This document shows positions 22,001-29,239 of a stretch of DNA of 64,000 nucleotides, piece after piece. Within the stretch, counting starts at the first letter, position 1; each line of letters opens with the position of its first letter. A program made the translations under genes and the position numbers. The notes beneath the pieces are model-generated. The model ran no database searches and was not told the origin of the DNA. It saw only the letters and a program-made list of their open reading frames with translations. Source of the DNA: Flavobacteriales bacterium. Its GTDB lineage: Bacteria; Bacteroidota; Bacteroidia; Flavobacteriales_F; PHOS-HE28. Location: assembly GCA_016787995.1 (NCBI GenBank), contig JAEUTB010000117.1:5031-69030 (forward strand). Direction: 5' to 3'.

Positions 22001-25000
22001 GTTTCCAACGGACCCTGCGAGACCGATGGTGCTTCGGACCAAGTGAGCATCTTCCTCTTCTTCGACGAGAATCCGCTCGCCTTCGCTGGACCGGATCAAG
22101 AACTGTGTACCATCAATGTTTCCACAACGACCATGGCGGGCAGCTCTGTCACCTTCCCGGCCATTGGAACATGGACCTTGATCAGTGGAACAGGTACCAT
22201 CGCCAACCCGAACGATCCGTCCACGACCATCTTCGACCTCTCCATCGGTGATAACGTCTTCGAGTGGACCGTGGATAATGGCCCTTGTGCGAGCGGCATC
22301 ACCACCGATCGCGTGACCATCTCCGTCTTCGACGAGAACAATCTGGACGCGAATGCCGGACCGGATCAGGACCTCTGCACGCCCACCAACAGCACCACCT
22401 TACAAGGCAGTGCGCTCGTGGCTCCTGCCACCGGTCTCTGGACAGTGGTTCAAGGCACCGGCACCATCACCGACCCGACCAACCCGAACACGACCATCAC
22501 AGCGCTCGGTGTAGGCACCATCGTAGTCGCCTGGACGGTTGACAACGGACCGTGCTCAAGCGGTATCACCAGTGATCAGATGCTGATCCGCCTCTTCGAT
22601 GAGAACAACCCGATCGCCGATGCCGGACCGGATCAGGAGATCTGCTCCAGCGATCCGCAGACCAACCTACAGGGCAGTGCCATCATCGCACCAGCCAGCG
22701 GCTTCTGGGAATTGGTGAGCGGTACCGGAACGATCATCGATCCAACGTCGCCCACCACGCAGGTCATCGACATGGCGATCGGAGAGAACATCTTCCGGTG
22801 GACCGTATCGAACGGCCCATGCACGAACCCGTTGACCGAGGACATCGTGAGCATCTTCGTGTTCGATGTGAACAACCCCGATGCCGCCGCAGGTCCGGAT
22901 CAACAGGTGTGTACGCCAGTGACCGAGGCCACCATGGCCGGCTCCTCGTACACCTTCCCGGCCACCGGTACATGGACCCTTGTAAGCGGGCAGGGCACGA
23001 TCGCTGATGCCACCAACCCCACGGGTGTCATCACCGACCTCGGTATCGGCGTGAACACGTTCCGCTGGGAGGTATACAACGGTGGTTGTGCGAATCAACT
23101 GACCAGTGACGAGGTGGACATCGTGCTCTTCGATGCCGACGCACCACCTGCGGATGCCGGACCTGACCAGGAGTTCTGTTCCCCGGATGACAGTGCCACA
23201 CTCACCGGTAATGCTCCGGTCGGCGCGGCTATCGGTACCTGGACGCGCGTTCAAGGCACTGGCGTCATCGCTGATCCTTCTTCGCCGACCACCACGGTGA
23301 CAGGTCTTACTGTTGGCGAGAACATCTTCACGTGGACCCTCGAAGGTGGTATCTGCGTGACCACCGTGGACTCGGTCAGTCTCTTCGTCTTCGATCCGAA
23401 CAACCCGATCGCCAATGCAGGACTAGATCAGGAACTGTGTATGCCGGAGGATTCCGTCTTCATGGCCGGCAGCAACTTGATCTTCCCCGCCACGGGGACC
23501 TGGACCACGCTCGTAGGCACTGGTACACCACAGAACCCGGGCGACCCCGGTACGGTGATCACTGGTCTGAGCCTTGGCCTGAACCGCTTCCAATGGGAAG
23601 TGTACAATGGGCCCTGTGCCAACAGTCTCACCACGGATATCGTGGATGTGACCTTGTACGACGATACCACGGCCGCAGCGAATGCGGGACCCGATCTGCA
23701 GCAGTGCCTGCCGATCACCGAGATCAACCTGCAAGGCGTGCAACCACCTGCCCCGGCAGAAGGTACATGGACCCTGATCGCAGGTACAGGCGTGATCGCC
23801 GAACCGAACAACCCGACCTCTTTGGTCACCGGCTTGTCGCAGGGCATCAACACCTTCGTTTGGACGCTGGAATGGGATCCATGTCCGAACAACGGTCTGC
23901 TCACCGATACCGTGAGCGTGTTCGTGTACGACCCAGCTGCCCCGCTGGCCGACGCTGGACCTGATCAACAACTCTGTTCGCCGACGAATACCAGCGTGCT
24001 CACGGGTAACACGCCCGCCATTCCGGGTGTGGGCACTTGGTCCGTCATCAGTGGTACGGCTGTGATCGCCGATGCGAATGACCCGACCAGTGCGGTAAGC
24101 AACCTCGAGATCGGTGAGCACGTGCTCGTGTACGAGATCTACAACGGCATCTGTGGTTTCGGCCCACCAAGCACCGATACCTTGACCATACGCGTGTATG
24201 ACGGGGACGCTCCCCCGGCTTCGACCGGCGAGAGCATCAGTGCTTGCACACCGGTGGACGAGATCACACTACAAGGCAACACGCCTGTCTTCCCGGCCAT
24301 CGGCACATGGACGGGGGCCAGTGGTACGATCGTTTCCCCGAACGACCCGGCTTCCGTCGTGACAGGTCTTGGCGTGGGGCAATTCGAGTTCACCTGGACC
24401 ATCGACAACGGAGCTTGCGGGACCTCCAGCGCTGCTCAGAGCGTGTTCATCTACGACAGTACCGCACCCGATGCCGATGCAGGGCCTGACCAAGAGCTCT
24501 GTACACCGAATACCAGCGCTACCCTCGCAGCGAACAGCGCGGTGATCCCGGCCATCGGCTCCTGGACCGTGATAGCCGGCGGTGGCGTGGTGGCGGATCC
24601 TGGATCGCCTACGTCGAGCGTGAGCGGTCTCACGGTGGGTACCAATACGTTCCGCTGGTCAATCAACAACGGCCCCTGTGGCACCACCACGGATGAGGTG
24701 ACCATCACGGTCTACCAGGAAGATCATCCCGCCGCGAACGCCGGCCCCGATCAAGAACTCTGTACGCCATCGAGCACCACGACGCTGGCGGGCAGCACGG
24801 TCACCTTCCCCGCTACGGGTACCTGGGTATTCGTGAACGGAAGCGCTACGTTGAGCGACCCGAACTCGCCAACGACCACCATCTCAGGTCTTACCGTAGG
24901 TGTGTACACTCTGCAGTGGGTGGTGGACAATGGCCCATGCGCCAACGGCACAACGACGGATGTCATGACCATCACCGTGTATGACAACAGCAGCGCCCCA

Positions 25001-25798
25001 GCCGCCGCTGGCCCGGATCAGGACTACTGCACGCCGATCAACGGACCGGTGACCATGTTGGCGAGTGCTCCTACTGCGCCAGCCACCGGGCAATGGACAC
25101 TGGTCGGTGGAAGCGCGACCATCGTGGATGCATCGAGCCCCTTCACCGGTATCACGGGTCTTGGTCTAGGCGAGAACGTGTTCGAGTGGACGGTGGATAA
25201 TGGACCTTGCGGTACCACCACGGACCGCATTTCCATCCGCGTGTTCGACAGCACGGTACCACGTGCCGATGCCGGCGAGGATCAGGAGTTGTGCCAACAC
25301 CAGACCACCACGGCGACCTTGGATGCCATCGAGGCGGTGAGCACCGCCACTGGATCATGGACACGTATCGCAGGTAGCGGAACGATCACCGCGCCAGGTG
25401 ACGCGAATACGACCGTGACCGCATTGGAGCTAGGGGAGAACGTGTTCGTGTGGACCTTGAACAACGGAGAGTGCGGCACCACGACGGACACGGTGGTCAT
25501 CGTGCTGAAGGATTGCCTGAAACTCACCATCCCGAACGCCTTCTCGCCCAACGGTGATGGTGTGAACGATGTGTACACCATCGAGAATCTGCAGTACTAC
25601 CCGGAGAACACCTTCACCGTCTTCAACCGCTGGGGCAACAAGGTGTTCGAGGCGACACCCTACACCAACACTTGGGATGGCACGAGCCAGTTCGGATCAG
25701 CCTTCGGCGAACTGCTCCCCGAAAGCACGTATTACTATGTCCTCGATCCGGGAACGGGTGACGAGGTGTTCAACGGTTACATCTACCTGCGCCGCTAG
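16055..25798 (+). CDS. giant (~3250 aa) cell-surface adhesin-like protein with a T9SS type-B (gliding-motility-associated, CHU_C/TIGR04131-type) C-terminal domain
   Basis: Signal-like N-terminus, a Cys-rich head domain, ~31 tandem repeats, and the C-terminal IPNAFSPNGDGVNDVYTIENL...FTVFNRWGNKVFE...YYYVLD...GYIYLRR type-B signature. ATG at 16055 preferred over the track's GTG at 16031. Confidence 0.92.
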   Translation: MAEQRRILNAVSLLASAARTTLRSLIPAVAALLLWQSEAYATHAMGGDITYECLGNNRYRVNMSFFRDCNGVGAPTSCSNGDLRFNVRSTTCNANFNACFVRQSIEVVTPICPGAEDRCNSSNGLYGVERHRYSAVIDLTPWAGCGTDWIIDWDLCCRNNAITSLNNPGGRDLYLSARLNNTITPCNSSPRFINDPVPFGCVGQPIVYNHGITDLAGDSLSFELAPARGTNGAAIPYNAGYTFTQPVITSGGANAVTIDPSTGTIRFTPSIAQFAVVTVLVREFRNGVQIGQYTRDLQFAIIACNNNNPTASGINGTNSFVYNVCAGTNFCFDVNSEDADASQLVTMTWNAAIPGATFTTTGGPRPVGTFCWTPTTADIGQQIFTVSVEDNACVLNGFGTVGYLINITPPLTPAVAGPDQSVCGFTTTLAGVQPFTQATGTWTVVSGTGTFANPNSPTTTVSGMSTGNNVFRWTVNYQTCGTTSDDVVVSTFDPAHPVANAGPAQDLCQPTSTATLAANVATAPAVGTWTLVSGAGVVTSPNSPTSTVTGLGQGTNVFRWTIDNGACTPPTSSQVSIRVFSNTQPAANAGPDQQLCSPNLTTTLAGNAPVAPATGQWTVVSGTGTFANAAARNTTVSGLSIGVNRLRWTINNGPCTPPTTSDEVDIVVFNPNSPNASAGPNQQVCSANATLAGNAPLAPATGLWTVVSGSGTFSNPSSPTSTVTGLSVGANVFQWTLNNGPCANGVTTSQVTITRFDGTAPAAAAGPDQDICTVSGGNTGTTTLAANSATAPGTGQWTVVNGAATIANPASPTTSVSGLPIGTTTLRWTINNGPCVPNSTTDDVVIRVFDRNAAVANAGPAQNLCAPVASLTLAANAATAPASGTWSVVSGSGTFANANSPTTTVTAAGLGVNVYRWTINNGPCPGAVTTSDVTITIFDPAIASANAGVDQELCGTAGTTLTGSAVAAPGAGTWTVVSGAATIANANSPTASVSGLPIGTTVLRWTVNNGPCGSTSDEVTIRRFDPSNPVANAGPDQSICVPVAPNIVTMAASSVIAPAVGTWTVVSGGGIITNPNSPTTQITGLPLGISEFRWTVSNGPCPDGLTNDVVRVFVFDSNTPIANAGPDISLCTTNGSTTMAGSTYASPATGLWTLVSGTGTIVDPSSPTTQITGLQVGQNIFQWTVNNGPCASGITTDQMSIFVYDPNNPVAAAGPNQSVCTSAGNTITLEGSPVTFPATGVWTVVGSPATIVSPNSPITQVTGLATGNYSFIWTVNNGVCPNPVSSSTSLVVVADGTAQAALAGPDQSVCGASSAVTMAANTPTGVATGSWSVVQGTANFSNNASASATVTGLSVGVNILRWSIDNGACGITSDLVTILVYDPNNPVANAGADQELCTPTTSTVLSGSNLIIPAVGQWTLVSGAGTIANPTAPNSAVSGLAVGENVFRWQVNNGACPSPVTQDEVSIFVFDNDAAVANAGPDQEVCTPVASVTLVGNAPVGSAVGTWTRISGVGTITAPNDPNTTVTALGVGLNIFEWSIDNGSCGATTDRVSIFVFDGTNPEADAGADQEICTPGSTVTLSGSSVIFPASGTWTLVSGSGTITSPNDPSTTVTGLAVGENIFEWTVLNGPCANPITSDQVSIFVFDLANPEADAGPDQELCSPTSTTTLDGSSVIFPASGTWTLTQGSGVIASPNDPNTSVSGLAVGINIFTWTVDNGPCTNGITTDQVRILVFDENNLDANAGPDQELCTPTSSTTLSGSAVISPAEGTWSIVSGSAVIADANDPNTLITGLGVGEVVLRWTVDNGPCANGVTTDDVSIFLFNDQNLDADAGADQELCTPNTITTLEGSAVIFPAVGTWTLVSGQGTITDVNDPNTTVTGLGVGQNTFAWTVDNGPCANGITTDEVNIFLFDLNSPAPNAGPDQELCTPTTTTTLQGSSVIFPAQGTWTVVAGTGIFADANDPNTTVSGLSIGENIFQWTVSNGPCETDGASDQVSIFLFFDENPLAFAGPDQELCTINVSTTTMAGSSVTFPAIGTWTLISGTGTIANPNDPSTTIFDLSIGDNVFEWTVDNGPCASGITTDRVTISVFDENNLDANAGPDQDLCTPTNSTTLQGSALVAPATGLWTVVQGTGTITDPTNPNTTITALGVGTIVVAWTVDNGPCSSGITSDQMLIRLFDENNPIADAGPDQEICSSDPQTNLQGSAIIAPASGFWELVSGTGTIIDPTSPTTQVIDMAIGENIFRWTVSNGPCTNPLTEDIVSIFVFDVNNPDAAAGPDQQVCTPVTEATMAGSSYTFPATGTWTLVSGQGTIADATNPTGVITDLGIGVNTFRWEVYNGGCANQLTSDEVDIVLFDADAPPADAGPDQEFCSPDDSATLTGNAPVGAAIGTWTRVQGTGVIADPSSPTTTVTGLTVGENIFTWTLEGGICVTTVDSVSLFVFDPNNPIANAGLDQELCMPEDSVFMAGSNLIFPATGTWTTLVGTGTPQNPGDPGTVITGLSLGLNRFQWEVYNGPCANSLTTDIVDVTLYDDTTAAANAGPDLQQCLPITEINLQGVQPPAPAEGTWTLIAGTGVIAEPNNPTSLVTGLSQGINTFVWTLEWDPCPNNGLLTDTVSVFVYDPAAPLADAGPDQQLCSPTNTSVLTGNTPAIPGVGTWSVISGTAVIADANDPTSAVSNLEIGEHVLVYEIYNGICGFGPPSTDTLTIRVYDGDAPPASTGESISACTPVDEITLQGNTPVFPAIGTWTGASGTIVSPNDPASVVTGLGVGQFEFTWTIDNGACGTSSAAQSVFIYDSTAPDADAGPDQELCTPNTSATLAANSAVIPAIGSWTVIAGGGVVADPGSPTSSVSGLTVGTNTFRWSINNGPCGTTTDEVTITVYQEDHPAANAGPDQELCTPSSTTTLAGSTVTFPATGTWVFVNGSATLSDPNSPTTTISGLTVGVYTLQWVVDNGPCANGTTTDVMTITVYDNSSAPAAAGPDQDYCTPINGPVTMLASAPTAPATGQWTLVGGSATIVDASSPFTGITGLGLGENVFEWTVDNGPCGTTTDRISIRVFDSTVPRADAGEDQELCQHQTTTATLDAIEAVSTATGSWTRIAGSGTITAPGDANTTVTALELGENVFVWTLNNGECGTTTDTVVIVLKDCLKLTIPNAFSPNGDGVNDVYTIENLQYYPENTFTVFNRWGNKVFEATPYTNTWDGTSQFGSAFGELLPESTYYYVLDPGTGDEVFNGYIYLRR
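17294..25515 (+). repeat. in-frame tandem array of ~31 units of ~88 aa (~265 nt) inside the giant gene
   Basis: Each unit reads A-x-A-G-P-D-Q-x-L-C-(T/S)P...TL-x-G(S/N)...G-T-W-T-x-V-S-G-x-G-x-I...P-N-x-P-x-T-x-V-T-G-L-x-V-G-x-N-x-F-x-W-T-V-x-N-G-P-C...T-x-D-x-V-x-I-x-V-F-D. I counted 31 AGPDQ-type unit starts by eye. Confidence 0.9.
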
Positions 25799-25827
25799 TG
25801 GTAACACCCTCAACAGCACAGCGCAAC

Positions 25828-26772
25828 ATGCACCATCAGATGAACAGCTTCATACACCGGATCAAAGGCACGGCCTTGGCCTTCTTGCTGGCCTCGGGTC
25901 TCTATGCCCAACAGGATCCGCAGTTCACCCAATACATGTTCAACCTGCTCGCCATCAACCCGGCCTATGCCGGCAGCGCGGATAGGGTGAGCTTGAAGGC
26001 CCTCAGCCGTCACCAATGGGTCGGCTTCGAAGGGGCTCCCACCACGCAGACCCTCACGGTACATTCACCACTGGGCAGGGAGAGTGTGGCGTTGGGCGGC
26101 ACCATCATGCGCGACAGTCATGGGCCCATCACGCAATACACCTTCATGGCCGACTTCGCCTACCGCATCTTCATGGGCGATGCCAAACTCGCCTTCGGAC
26201 TGAAAGGAGGGCTCAATCTCTTCCAAGGCCAGTTCGCCGATCTGAACCCGCTGACCCAAGGCGACCAGGTTTTCCAGCAGAACGTGGCCACGAAGCTCGA
26301 TCCGCAGTTCGGTTTCGGGGTGATGTACTACAGCGATCGCTACTTCCTCGGACTGAGTACACCGAAGCTCCTGCGTACCGAGTTCTTCCAGACCGATTCG
26401 CTGGCCTTCGTCTCGCAACCCGGTCAACGCCCGCATTACTTCCTCACCGGTGGGTATGTGTTCGACATGGGGCTCTATCACAAATTCAAGCCCACCTTCC
26501 TGGTGAAGGCGGTACAAGGCGCACCGGTGAGCTTCGACCTCAGTGCCAATTTCCTGTTCTTCGAGAAGTTCTGGCTCGGTGCCATGTACCGGCATACCGA
26601 CGCGGTGGGTGCGCTCGCCCAATACCACATCACCGACGACCTCTCTGTGGGTTATGCCTACGACTACCCCTTGAGCACGCTGCGCAATTACAGCGGAGGG
26701 TCTCACGAGATCATACTTGGCTTCGATCTGGGTAAAAAGCCGAAAGGCGTTCGTTCACCACGCTACTTCTGA
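25828..26772 (+). CDS. PorP/SprF-family type IX secretion system membrane protein
   Basis: LYAQQDPQFTQYMFN...INPAYAG N-terminal signature, a beta-barrel strand pattern and the ...SHEIILGFDLGK...RYF end are diagnostic of PorP/SprF (TIGR03519-type). Start is ambiguous: GTG 25798 (overlapping the upstream TAG), ATG 25828 or ATG 25840. Confidence 0.9.
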   Translation: MHHQMNSFIHRIKGTALAFLLASGLYAQQDPQFTQYMFNLLAINPAYAGSADRVSLKALSRHQWVGFEGAPTTQTLTVHSPLGRESVALGGTIMRDSHGPITQYTFMADFAYRIFMGDAKLAFGLKGGLNLFQGQFADLNPLTQGDQVFQQNVATKLDPQFGFGVMYYSDRYFLGLSTPKLLRTEFFQTDSLAFVSQPGQRPHYFLTGGYVFDMGLYHKFKPTFLVKAVQGAPVSFDLSANFLFFEKFWLGAMYRHTDAVGALAQYHITDDLSVGYAYDYPLSTLRNYSGGSHEIILGFDLGKKPKGVRSPRYF

Positions 26773-26774
26773 TC

Positions 26775-28973
26775 ATGACGAACCCCATGCGACCGCACAG
26801 CACACCTATCAGCGTGTTGCTCCGTCTTTTCATCCCCGTACTGCTGCTTCCCGCGTTGGGCCACGCCCAGAAACTGAAGGAGCGTATGGCCGGCCGTGCC
26901 GCCGAGGTCTTCGACTACCCGCAGATGGCCGCGATCTACGAGGATCTGGTCGTGACCGGCAAGGCTGAGCCTGCTGACATGCGCCGACTTGCGCTGGCCT
27001 ATCGCAAGATGGGTGAGCCCCAAAAAGCCGAGGCCACCTACCTGAAGTTGATGGGCACCGGTGCACAGACTCCGGATGATGTCTTCGCCTATGCGGAACA
27101 ACTCCGTGCCAACGGGAAGTATGCCGATGCGATCGAATGGTATGGGACCTATGCCAGCCTGAGACCGGAAGACCCCCGTGCGCAAGCCTACGTAAAGGAC
27201 CCGCGCATCTTCACCCGGCTCATGCGCGATTCGGCGAGCGCCACCATCAGAACGCTTCCCATCAACTCCGACAAGGCGGATCTCGCGCCGAGCATCATGG
27301 AGGAACTCTTGCTCTTCGCCAGCGCGCGAGGAGAGGGCGTGGGTGGTGATCGGGAGTATGTCTGGGATGAACAGCCTTACCTGAACCTCTACACCGCCCT
27401 GTGGAAAGGTGAAACGGCGGAGGATCCCTTGGTGATGCGTAAAGACGTGAATAGTCGGTTCCATGACGGCGTGGGTAGCTTCGATTCGGTCGCGAACCGA
27501 TTGTACTTCACGCGGAACAACTACTACTACGGCACCTTGGATCGCAATGCGAAAGGGGAGTTGAACCTGGGCATCTTCTACAGCAATGTGATCACCGGCG
27601 AATTCGGTCAACCGGAATGGAGCAATCTGGTCCCGTTCGATCACAACGACCCCGAAGCCAACTACGGTCACCCGATGGTGAGCCCAGATGGTCGGAAACT
27701 CTTCTTCGCCAGCGATCGTGCCGGCGGCCAGGGTGGTACGGACATCTGGTATTGCGACAACCTGGGTAACCAATGGGGCTCACCGGTCAACATGGGGCCT
27801 GAGGTGAACACGCCAGCCAATGAACTGTATCCATTCCTGCATCGCGATAGCACCCTGTACTTCGTGAGTACGGGACACCCCGGTCTCGGTGGGTACGACA
27901 TCTTCTACTCTCGCCTGTCGAAAGCCGGTCCAGGCAAGGTGTTCAACCTGGGTTATCCCATGAACACCCGCTTCAACGACCATGGCCTCATCTTCTTCAA
28001 CGATACCACGGGTTTTTTCGCCAGCGACCGCCCCGGTGGCAAGGGTAGCGATGACATCTACGGCTGTACCGTCCGTCCGCCGGTGGTGTACATGGCGGGT
28101 ATCGTCATCGATAAGGACTCGCGGCAACCCATCGAAGGTGCGACACTGCAGATGAAGGATGCCGAAGGGAAATTCGTGGAGCGCTTCAAGGTGGAAAGTG
28201 AGCCCGGTGGCAAATTCAAGATCGAAGTGCCTTACCATGAGAAGTACGTGCTGATCGCGAACAAGAACGGCTACTTCCAAAAAGAGCTGACCCTGAACAC
28301 CAACGAGGACGCACTGGAGGAGATCGTGGTGGAGATGCAGAAGTACGACTACGCCGTGGAAGGTGTGATCACCAACGGCGAGACCGATCAACCCCTGGAA
28401 GGCGCCACGGTCCAACTGCTCGATGCGCAGGATAACGTGTTGGAGACGCTCACGACCGACGCCTCAGGGAAGTATGCTTTCGCATTGAAGCCGGAGACGG
28501 ACTACCGCGTGAAAGTGGAGAAGGAGGGCTTCTTCAAGCAGAGCGCCAAAGTGAGCACCAAGGGCAAACCAAATGGTGTGATCAAGAACGATTTCAAGCT
28601 CTTCCCGCTCGAAGTGGATCAAGTGGTGCGCTTGGAGAACATCTTCTACGACTACAACAAGTCCAACATCCGTCCGGATGCCGCTTTGGAGCTGGACAAG
28701 CTCGTGGCCACCTTGCAGGATAACCCCACGGTGAAGATCGAGCTGAGCTCACACACCGATTGCCGAGGCAAGGACCCGTACAACCTTAGCCTGTCGCAGA
28801 AACGTGCCAAGAGCGCCGTGGAATACATCATCAGCAAAGGCATTCCGAAAGCGAACATCACGAGCAAGGGCTACGGTGAAAGCCAGCCAAGTGAGCCCTG
28901 TGCTTGCGAACAGTGCTCGGAGGATCAGCACCAACGGAACCGACGTACCGAGTTCAAGGTGCTTTCGAAGTAG
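26775..28973 (+). CDS. PorE-like multidomain OmpA-family protein (TPR + TolB-like beta-propeller + two carboxypeptidase-regulatory-like domains + OmpA_C peptidoglycan-binding domain)
   Basis: TPR-like helices (LALAYRKMGEPQKAEATYLKLM...). PD40-type propeller blades (SPDGRKLFFASDRAGGQGGTDIWY, LYFVSTGHPGLGGYDIFY, GFFASDRPGGKGSDDIYG). Two CRD-like units (GIVIDKDSRQPIEGATLQMKD..., GVITNGETDQPLEGATVQLLD...). OmpA_C (IFYDYNKSNIRPDA...SSHTDCRG...YNLSLSQKRAKSAVEY...NRRTEFKV). Starts 2 nt after the PorP/SprF stop. Confidence 0.85.
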   Translation: MTNPMRPHSTPISVLLRLFIPVLLLPALGHAQKLKERMAGRAAEVFDYPQMAAIYEDLVVTGKAEPADMRRLALAYRKMGEPQKAEATYLKLMGTGAQTPDDVFAYAEQLRANGKYADAIEWYGTYASLRPEDPRAQAYVKDPRIFTRLMRDSASATIRTLPINSDKADLAPSIMEELLLFASARGEGVGGDREYVWDEQPYLNLYTALWKGETAEDPLVMRKDVNSRFHDGVGSFDSVANRLYFTRNNYYYGTLDRNAKGELNLGIFYSNVITGEFGQPEWSNLVPFDHNDPEANYGHPMVSPDGRKLFFASDRAGGQGGTDIWYCDNLGNQWGSPVNMGPEVNTPANELYPFLHRDSTLYFVSTGHPGLGGYDIFYSRLSKAGPGKVFNLGYPMNTRFNDHGLIFFNDTTGFFASDRPGGKGSDDIYGCTVRPPVVYMAGIVIDKDSRQPIEGATLQMKDAEGKFVERFKVESEPGGKFKIEVPYHEKYVLIANKNGYFQKELTLNTNEDALEEIVVEMQKYDYAVEGVITNGETDQPLEGATVQLLDAQDNVLETLTTDASGKYAFALKPETDYRVKVEKEGFFKQSAKVSTKGKPNGVIKNDFKLFPLEVDQVVRLENIFYDYNKSNIRPDAALELDKLVATLQDNPTVKIELSSHTDCRGKDPYNLSLSQKRAKSAVEYIISKGIPKANITSKGYGESQPSEPCACEQCSEDQHQRNRRTEFKVLSK

Positions 28974-29167
28974 GTTAGGTAGGGACCAGGGAAGCCGGCG
29001 GGTCATCGTGTGAACGGTGGCCCGTTGGTCGTTCATGGAAGCGCATCGTGTGGTGGTGATACTGCAGTTCCCACTTCCTACAACGCCTGGTTGATCGAAC
29101 CTTGCACTTCCGGATGGATCAGGTAGGGATGGTCGTTGGACGGTGTTCGATGTAGGTCGTATTTCGT

Positions 29168-29185
29168 GGGCACTGCCAAGTGCCC
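29168..29185 (+). terminator. hairpin in the convergent gap between the OmpA-family gene and ggt
   Basis: GGGCACT-gcca-AGTGCCC followed by TTGTTGT on the + strand. It is the only clean stem-loop in the 266-nt convergent spacer. Confidence 0.4.
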
Positions 29186-29239
29186 TTGTTGTCCAGGCCC
29201 GTTCCGGGTCGGTAAGGGTCGTTTGACAATGCTGTTCGT

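Noticed and set aside
17294-25515. The ~265-nt periodic array considered as a CRISPR or satellite repeat
   Set aside because: The period is a multiple of 3 within one continuous reading frame. There is no repeat/spacer alternation and conservation is at the protein level, so it is a coding tandem repeat.
26016-27773. Alternative-frame ORFs over the PorP/SprF and OmpA-family genes (26016..26735 +, 26065..26706 -, 26763..27773 -)
   Set aside because: The annotated frames contain diagnostic PorP/SprF and PD40/OmpA motifs, whereas the alternatives are Arg/His-rich and featureless.
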